This document shows, one piece after another, positions 54,832 through 61,137 of a stretch of DNA of 61,137 bases. The stretch covers positions 1 to 61,137 of the forward strand of contig JANMVV010000333.1 in the NCBI GenBank assembly GCA_031392925.1, in the 5' to 3' direction. This stretch comes from Vicinamibacteria bacterium. Lineage in GTDB: Bacteria; Acidobacteriota; Vicinamibacteria; Fen-336; JAGNNV01. The notes beneath the pieces were generated by a model. That model saw only the letters and a program-made list of their open reading frames with translations. It was not told where the DNA came from and searched no databases. The translations under genes and the position numbers were made by a program. Every line of letters starts with the position of its first letter. Position 1 is the first letter of the stretch.

Positions 54832-56979
54832 TCATCGAGTCGGGCGACCACCGGATGGCGCCTTTCGCGCGGCTTCCTTGAGGTTCTGATCGAAGAACCG
54901 CTCGACCCGGCTCCAGGCATCCTTGAGGACGTGCTCCCGGGTGAAGTAGTGGAACTCCCCCGGATAGGTCATGAAGGAAACGAGATCGCCTTTGCCTTTC
55001 TTCATCAGCTCATCGAGGAGGCGAACCGAATGCAGGTAGGGCACGTTGACGTCCGAGGTCCCATGCAGGATGAGGAGTGGGCGTTCCAGCGCCTCGACGT
55101 GCGAGAGGGGCGAGGCCTGGGCGTAGACCGCCGGGTTCTGATCCGGCGTTCCAATCCGGCTGGCCGTCCAGGCGCCGCGATAGGGGTCGTTGTAGTACAT
55201 GACGTAGTCCGCGACGCCGGCGACGTCGACCCCGCAGCGGAAGAGCTTCGGCTGATCGGTGAGGGCGATGAGGGTAAAGAATCCGCCGTAGCTCAACCCC
55301 CACACACCGATGCGCTCACCGTCGACATAGGGCAACCCCTTCAAATAATTGCCGGCGAGCGCCGCGTCCTTGTAATCGTTGCCGCCGACATCCATATGGA
55401 CGCCCTGGCGCCATGCGCGGCCGTAGCCGATGCTCCCGCGGTAGTCGGGGGCGATGACCACGTAGCCCTTCTGTAGAAGGTACTGGTGATAGCTGTAGTA
55501 GACGGCATAGTTCCGCTGCACGTGCCAGCCGTCGTAGTTCTGATTGACGCCGTCGCCGTGGATCCAGACGATCGCCGGGTGCTTCTTCCTCCTATCGAGG
55601 CCCTTGGGCACGAACAGGTAGGCGGGGACGGACTGGCCGTCGGGGCCTTGGTAACTCACGAGCTCGGGCTCCACCAGGGCGGTGCGGTCGAACCCCGTGG
55701 GGAAGGAGTCGGACAAACGCACGGGAGTGGCGCCGGTGGCCGCATCAATGACGAAGAGATCGGCGGAGTTTTGAGGGTCGGTGTGCTGGTAGACGAGGCG
55801 CTGGCCGTCCGGAGACCAGGCGGGTGCTACGTTGGTGCCGCGCCCGGACGTGATCATGGCGACGGTCGCCCGGCCCGGGTCGCCGTTCAAGGTGACGATG
55901 CCGAGGTGACGAACGCCGGGCCGGGTCGGCTCGTTCGCATCGAAGGCGAGCCGTGTGCTGTCCCGGGACCATTGCGGTCGCCAGGCTTCGAACTGCCCTT
56001 TCGTGATCTGAACGGCGGGTCCGCCGCTCATGGGTTTCACGTAGATGTGGTCCCATCCGTCGCGATCGCTCACGAAGGCAAGGAACTTCCCGTCGGGCGA
56101 AACCTGACCGGAAGCGCCGGCGTCGCCGGTCGGACTCCAGAATTTCTCGTCGACATCCTCGTGAAGGACCTTGAGCTCGCCGCTCCGAGGGTCAGCCTGA
56201 TAGATGGTCCGGCGCTTGAAGTCGACGGACGTGCGGTCGAAGACAAGGTGGAGGGGATCGCTCCAGCGCATGCCGCCAAATCCGCCGGGAGGGCCGATGG
56301 CGGTCGCGGCGCCGCCGGTCGCCCTGGCCACGTAGGCCTGTGCGGGAGTGCGCTCGGTGATCGTGTAGATGATCTTCCCGCCGGAATAGGCGGGCGTCTC
56401 GTCATGGCGAATCGTCCTCGCGACCGAGAACGCGAGGTACGCCCCGTCCGGGGACCAGCTCAACCCTCCTGCGCCGGCGAGTTCGCCGATCACTTTCGTC
56501 TCGGCGCCTCCGGCCAGCGGGCGGACGAAGATCTCGCTCCCGCCTTCGGCAGACCGGACATAGGCGACACGCGTGAGATCGGGAGACGGTGTGATGCTGG
56601 TCTCGCTCGCCGGGGTGCGCCATATCGGGCGGCTCTCACTGCCCGGAGTGAGCGACGCCTGCCAGAGGTCGCCGCCGAACGAGTAGTACAAGGAGGCGCT
56701 GTCCGCGCTCCAGAACACGCCGCCGGGCTGCCCTTCCCTCAGGCTCGTGATCGCTCGTGGCTTCTCTGCGCCGTTGCTCCCCACCACATAGAGGTTGGTG
56801 ACGCCTGCCCGGTCCCAGAGAAAAGCGACCTTGGTTCCGTCGGGCGAGAACAGCGGGCCACTCGGGTGCCTGATTTCGACCAGCTGGTCGATGGTCAGAG
56901 GCGCGACCCCCGCCGCGCGCGCGGCGACCGCCAGACCCAGGGTGAGCCCAAGGGCACGGCCATGCACGTTGTTCAGCAT
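54832..56979 (-). CDS. S9 family peptidase (dipeptidyl/acylaminoacyl peptidase) with PD40 propeller
   Basis: SPDG repeats, DYRGS.GYG, GLSYGG nucleophile, HGTSD.NV, YPGEFH. Confidence 0.94.
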   Translation of the reverse strand: MLNNVHGRALGLTLGLAVAARAAGVAPLTIDQLVEIRHPSGPLFSPDGTKVAFLWDRAGVTNLYVVGSNGAEKPRAITSLREGQPGGVFWSADSASLYYSFGGDLWQASLTPGSESRPIWRTPASETSITPSPDLTRVAYVRSAEGGSEIFVRPLAGGAETKVIGELAGAGGLSWSPDGAYLAFSVARTIRHDETPAYSGGKIIYTITERTPAQAYVARATGGAATAIGPPGGFGGMRWSDPLHLVFDRTSVDFKRRTIYQADPRSGELKVLHEDVDEKFWSPTGDAGASGQVSPDGKFLAFVSDRDGWDHIYVKPMSGGPAVQITKGQFEAWRPQWSRDSTRLAFDANEPTRPGVRHLGIVTLNGDPGRATVAMITSGRGTNVAPAWSPDGQRLVYQHTDPQNSADLFVIDAATGATPVRLSDSFPTGFDRTALVEPELVSYQGPDGQSVPAYLFVPKGLDRRKKHPAIVWIHGDGVNQNYDGWHVQRNYAVYYSYHQYLLQKGYVVIAPDYRGSIGYGRAWRQGVHMDVGGNDYKDAALAGNYLKGLPYVDGERIGVWGLSYGGFFTLIALTDQPKLFRCGVDVAGVADYVMYYNDPYRGAWTASRIGTPDQNPAVYAQASPLSHVEALERPLLILHGTSDVNVPYLHSVRLLDELMKKGKGDLVSFMTYPGEFHYFTREHVLKDAWSRVERFFDQNLKEAARKAPSGGRPTR

Positions 56980-57070
56980 CGGGATTCTCCGAAAGGTATT
57001 GAAGGCGCTGCTTCAGCGCGGATCGAGGCGCTCCCGGGGACCAACAAGGCCCCCGGAAGCCTGGCTGCGG

Positions 57071-59890
57071 CTAGAACCGGAACGCCGCTCCAATGCGGAA
57101 GATCCGCGGACCCAGAATCGACAGAGGCGAAAGATACGTCGCCTTCGCCACGGGCGTTGCGGCGGGATCTCCCGCAGGCCGGAAATTCGAAACCGTCGAA
57201 AGCGTTCGCGCATCCCAGACGGTATTGGCGTTCGCGAGGTTGTAGCCGTCGACGATCACTTCGATCTGCCTGGCGCCGCCGATCTTGAAGGTGCGGGCGA
57301 GGCGCGCGTCAAGCGTGGTCAGCATGTCGAGCTTGGTGGAACCGCGGGGGTCCACGTTCACCGTGACCGTACCCTGGTTGAGGGCGAAGGTCGCGGTGCG
57401 CGTGAGCTGAACGCCGCTCTGGGTCCGGAAATTCAGCCCGAGCTCGATCTGGCGGGGCAGGATGTAAGCGCCCGACAGCTTGAAGGTGTGCGGCCGATCG
57501 AAGAACACGGGCCCCTCGCTGTTGATCAGCTGGTTCGGATTCGCGAAGGCGTCCGCCTTGGCCCGGGTCTGCCCGTAGGCGTAGCTCGCGAGCATCTGCC
57601 AGTTGTCCGAGAACCGCTTGGTGAGGCTCAGCTGGAAGCCCTTGTAGTCCTGGTTGAGTTGAGGACTGTTGCTGACGAGGAAGCGATTCTGGCCGATGGT
57701 CGCGGCGCTCTGGTTGTAGACGGTGATGGTCTTGTCGTCGGAGGTCCCGGCGACGCCATCGGGACCGTTCTCCGGCCGGGTCACCGGCTGGAACGCGTCC
57801 GCAGGAACGCCCACCTCCTTGTTGCCGAAGAGGTCTCGCTCGCGCCGCCACGAAACGTCCGCCGAGACCTTCAACCCTTTCCCAACCTCACGCTCGACGC
57901 TGAAGATCAATTCGTCGGTATGCGGCCGGCGCAGGTCCGGGTCGATCGACGTCACCAACGCGCCCGCTCGCGACTGGAGCGCGCCGCGTTCGCCGTCCTG
58001 ATACTTGAGATCGCGGTTCAAGTCGTTCCAGGCGTAGGTTTCGGAGACGTTGAAATTCGGATTGATGGTGTTCGCGGTGCCGGTGCCCAGGGTGTAGTGA
58101 TACCGCCCGGCGGCCAGCTTGATCGCGGTTCGGCCGTCGCCGCTCGCATCGAACGCGAAGCTGAGACGGGGCGACAATGTCGTCCATTTGGGCGAATTCC
58201 GGATCTCCGCGAACGTGCGGGTGGCCGTCGGGAACCAGCGCGAGGGTGGGCTCGACTGCGCCGGGAGATATCCCTCGACGGTCTCGAAGCGCACGCCCCC
58301 GGTGATGGTCAGCCGGTTGCGCTGATAACTGTCCTGGGCGAACAGCGCGAAGACATCCACGTTCGAGGCCGAATTGACGGGGGAGTTGAAGAACTGCACG
58401 GAGGTGCCCTGCCCGGTAGCGCTGCGGTAGAAGAGGTTGAGGTCGTCGATGCGATGAACCGCGGTCGTGGTCGGCATGTGGGTGTAATCGGCGCCCACCC
58501 GGAACTCATGCCGTCCGCCGATTGCCTGGGGTACGAAATACTGGAGATTGAGGCTCGCCTCCATGCGCTTCCGGCCGAAGACCTGCTCCGCCTGGGCGGC
58601 GCGAGAGAGGAAGCCCGTGGTCTGGTCGGAGAGCGACTGATCGGTGCCCTTCTGGAAGAGGGGGAAGAAGATGTCGAGGAAGCTCACGCGCCCGTCGAGG
58701 AACGCCGTCTGTGACAGGACGGAATTCCACAGGGCCTGGGCGAGGGTGAAGTGGTCGTCCTCGTGAAAGACCGACAGCGGCTCGTTGGTCGCCGCGGCGC
58801 CGCGATTCGGCTTGTTGTAGTACTGGCGGCTGGCGTACAGGCTCACGCGGTTCTTCGGATTCATCTGCCAGGTGAGGTTCAAAAGCCCCGAGGTCATGTC
58901 GGTGTTTTCGATCTCCGGGAAGCCGGGCACGTTGACATGCACGCGCCAGTCGCGAACCGACGCGTAGACGCGCAGCTTGTCCTTGATTAGGGGACCGCCC
59001 ACGGCGCCGGCGAAGTCCGAGACCTTCTGCACCGCACCCGCATCCGGGCGAAAGCCGTAGCTCTGTAGCGTGGCATCGACGTTCTGGCCCTGCGTCGAAT
59101 CCCCCTCCCAGAAACCGGAGACCTTGCCGCTCCAGATGTTGGTGCCGGTCTTGGTGACCATGTTCAGGAACACGCCCGACGATGGCACGGAGATGTCGTT
59201 GGCGCCGGTGGACACCTGAATCTGCTCGAACGCGTCGTAGTCGTAATAGAAACCGGTGAAGCCGATGGCGGACGGGTCGCCCACGTTGATGCCGTTCAGG
59301 AACTGGATGTTCTGACTGTTGGGTGTCCCGCGCGCGCTGAAGGAGGCCTGGAGACCTCCCGAACTGCCGCCCACGTCGGGACGGTTCGTGATGAGCCCGG
59401 GGACCTTGTACTCCACGAGCGACCAGATGTCGCGACCGCCGGGAGTCTTCTGCAGGAGCTCCTGGGAGAGCACGGTACTGACGTTCGCGCTGGTGGCATC
59501 CACCACCGGCGCCTCCGCGCTGACCGTGATCTCGTCGCTCATGGACTTGACCCCCATCGAGAGGTCGAGAGACGTGGTCGAGCCCACGTTCACGGGCACG
59601 TTCTCGCGCACGGTGGACTGGAAGCCCGGGAGTTCGGTCTTCACCGAGTAGTTTCCCGGGGCGAGCGAGAGGAACCGACGCGCGCCGGTGGCGTCGGTCA
59701 CGCCGGTAATGCTGCCGGAGATGATCGTGGGACTGGAGATGGTCACAGTGGCGCCCGGCACCGAAGCACCGCTGCTGTCGATGACCCGAACAAAGATGGA
59801 ACCGGTCTGCACCTGCGCGCGCGCCGGCGCACTCGACACCAGGAGCGTGACCGCCGCGATCAGCACCGCTATTCGATTGAAGGGCTTCAT
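57071..59890 (-). CDS. TonB-dependent receptor (Oar-like) with N-terminal carboxypeptidase-regulatory-like domain
   Basis: AQ.QTGSI...V.D.SGA.VPGATVT, plug (LNMVTKTGTN), SPRLSFAFD..GDGRT, C-terminal PRIFRIGAAFRF. Confidence 0.92.
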   Translation of the reverse strand: MKPFNRIAVLIAAVTLLVSSAPARAQVQTGSIFVRVIDSSGASVPGATVTISSPTIISGSITGVTDATGARRFLSLAPGNYSVKTELPGFQSTVRENVPVNVGSTTSLDLSMGVKSMSDEITVSAEAPVVDATSANVSTVLSQELLQKTPGGRDIWSLVEYKVPGLITNRPDVGGSSGGLQASFSARGTPNSQNIQFLNGINVGDPSAIGFTGFYYDYDAFEQIQVSTGANDISVPSSGVFLNMVTKTGTNIWSGKVSGFWEGDSTQGQNVDATLQSYGFRPDAGAVQKVSDFAGAVGGPLIKDKLRVYASVRDWRVHVNVPGFPEIENTDMTSGLLNLTWQMNPKNRVSLYASRQYYNKPNRGAAATNEPLSVFHEDDHFTLAQALWNSVLSQTAFLDGRVSFLDIFFPLFQKGTDQSLSDQTTGFLSRAAQAEQVFGRKRMEASLNLQYFVPQAIGGRHEFRVGADYTHMPTTTAVHRIDDLNLFYRSATGQGTSVQFFNSPVNSASNVDVFALFAQDSYQRNRLTITGGVRFETVEGYLPAQSSPPSRWFPTATRTFAEIRNSPKWTTLSPRLSFAFDASGDGRTAIKLAAGRYHYTLGTGTANTINPNFNVSETYAWNDLNRDLKYQDGERGALQSRAGALVTSIDPDLRRPHTDELIFSVEREVGKGLKVSADVSWRRERDLFGNKEVGVPADAFQPVTRPENGPDGVAGTSDDKTITVYNQSAATIGQNRFLVSNSPQLNQDYKGFQLSLTKRFSDNWQMLASYAYGQTRAKADAFANPNQLINSEGPVFFDRPHTFKLSGAYILPRQIELGLNFRTQSGVQLTRTATFALNQGTVTVNVDPRGSTKLDMLTTLDARLARTFKIGGARQIEVIVDGYNLANANTVWDARTLSTVSNFRPAGDPAATPVAKATYLSPLSILGPRIFRIGAAFRF

Positions 59891-60065
59891 TGTTCAAACC
59901 TCGTTGACTGGAAGGGCACGTCGTGGCCGTTTCGGTATCGGCTCGCCCACCGATCCGACTTCGTTGACAAGGGTCTTACGCTGCCCCTGTCACCCAAGTC
60001 AATTGTCTTTCGCGCAATCGCACCCCCTGTTGCACCTGATGAAACGGGGGTGGCCCCCCAAGCGT

Positions 60066-60089
60066 GCGGGCTTCGGTACGGAGGCCCGC
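60066..60089 (-). terminator. Hairpin immediately after the pyrD stop
   Basis: GCGGGCTTC-GGTACG-GAGGCCCGC. No U-tract. Confidence 0.4.
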
Positions 60090-60091
60090 GG

Positions 60092-61015
60092 TCAGCGCGG
60101 GTACTTGATCGTCCCGACCAGTTCGCTGATGTCGCGAAGCTCGTGGCGGGTCAGATACTCCCGCAACCCGGCCTCGATCTCGGTATAGCAATTCGGACGC
60201 GAGAAGTTCATCGTCCCCACCTGCACCGCCGCGGCCCCGGCGATGAAGAACTCGAGCGCGTCGCTGGCGGAGGCGATGCCTCCGATGCCGATGATGGGGA
60301 TCTTCACCGCGCGCGCCGCCTGCCAGGTCATGCGCACGGCCAGGGGGCGGATCGCGGGGCCGGACAGGCCGCCGGTGCCGAAGGCGAGCTTCGGTTTGCG
60401 GGTCTCGACATCGATGGCGAGTCCGAGGAATGTGTTGACACACGAGATCGCGTCGGCACCCGCTTCTTCACAGGCCCGCGCAAAGACCGTTATGTCGGTG
60501 ACGTTCGGCGACAACTTCGGTATGACGGGCAGGCGGCTCGACTTGCGCACCGCCGCGACCACGTCGTGGGTCATGACGGGGTCGGTTCCAAAGGCGATCC
60601 CACCGGTCTTGACGTTGGGACACGAGATGTTGATCTCGAGCGCATGAACACCTGGGGCATCGCTCGCGATTCGCGAGACCTCCGCGTATTCCTCCACCGT
60701 CTCCCCGCACACGTTCACGATCACCGCGGTGTCATGGGCGCGCAGTTGGGGCAGCACACCCTCCACGAAGGCGCGGATTCCGACACCCTGAAGGCCGATG
60801 GCGTTGAGAAGGCCGGCGGGCGTTTCCGCGATGCGCGGGACGTCGCAGCCATCGCGCGCGGCCATGTAGAGGCCCTTGGTCACGATGCCGCCGAGCGTCT
60901 TCAGATCAACCACGTGCGCGATCTCGACCCCGTAGCCGCACGTGCCCGAGGCGGCGAGGAGCGGGTTCTTGAGCTTCAGGGAACCGATCTGGACGCCGAG
61001 AGAGGGAGAGGTCAT
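60092..61015 (-). CDS. pyrD: Dihydroorotate dehydrogenase family 1B catalytic subunit
   Basis: LKNP...ASGT, LNAIGLQ, EINISCPNV, PKLSPN, GGLSGPAI, GIGGI. Confidence 0.97.
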   Translation of the reverse strand: MTSPSLGVQIGSLKLKNPLLAASGTCGYGVEIAHVVDLKTLGGIVTKGLYMAARDGCDVPRIAETPAGLLNAIGLQGVGIRAFVEGVLPQLRAHDTAVIVNVCGETVEEYAEVSRIASDAPGVHALEINISCPNVKTGGIAFGTDPVMTHDVVAAVRKSSRLPVIPKLSPNVTDITVFARACEEAGADAISCVNTFLGLAIDVETRKPKLAFGTGGLSGPAIRPLAVRMTWQAARAVKIPIIGIGGIASASDALEFFIAGAAAVQVGTMNFSRPNCYTEIEAGLREYLTRHELRDISELVGTIKYPR

Positions 61016-61137
61016 GACTGCTTCTCCTGGGGCCAGACCACACGCCTCGAATCGAAGACCGGGCCTTCAGTGCAGGCGGGGCGATTTTTCGGCCGGAGTT
61101 CTCCCGGATCCTGAATCTTCACCACGCAGCCGAGACA
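61012..61137 (-). CDS. pyrK: Dihydroorotate dehydrogenase electron transfer subunit (C-terminal fragment, 5' end outside the window)
   Basis: CLGCVV...ACTEGPVF [2Fe-2S] tail. Its stop overlaps the pyrD ATG. Confidence 0.9.
   Translation of the reverse strand, partial: CLGCVVKIQDPGELRPKNRPACTEGPVFDSRRVVWPQEKQS

Noticed and set aside
59891-60091. Possible riboswitch (B12/TPP) upstream of the TonB-dependent receptor, and a TCGTTGAC direct repeat 60 bp apart
   Set aside because: No B12-box or TPP core motifs are visible, and a single 8-bp repeat is not enough evidence.
1-61137. Prophage, IS, integron, CRISPR-Cas, known defence systems, tRNA/rRNA
   Set aside because: I saw no integrase, transposase, Cas, nuclease or toxin motifs, att-like repeats or RNA gene structures. 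Intergenic spaces are short.

Overview
GC-rich bacterial chromosomal segment. Gene content (Oar-type TonB-dependent receptor, many secreted M14/S9/amidohydrolase enzymes) suggests Acidobacteriota, possibly Vicinamibacteria, but this is inference. It holds about 47 CDS: housekeeping genes (pheT, zapB-like/zapA, argS, corA, clpS, clpB, pyrD/pyrK) mixed with secreted peptidases and deacylases, a three-gene wbpE-wbpB-wbpD-type amino-sugar operon, an orphan Wzc tyrosine kinase and a frameshifted DcuC-family transporter. I saw no rRNA, tRNA, CRISPR array, integrase or transposase. Most interesting: (1) a divergent module at 48928-53957 with an ABC exporter, an unannotated 39-aa His-tailed membrane peptide and a two-component system whose kinase lacks a periplasmic sensor, sharing mirror-image tandem operator boxes; (2) nine genes with a -10 box 6-8 nt before the ATG, i.e. 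probably leaderless mRNAs; (3) a double-hairpin palindromic element in frame inside argS; (4) a D-aminoacylase/SGNH-acetylesterase fusion; (5) tiny relics resembling nhaA and DUF1080 genes. All family calls come from motifs recognised by eye; no searches were run.
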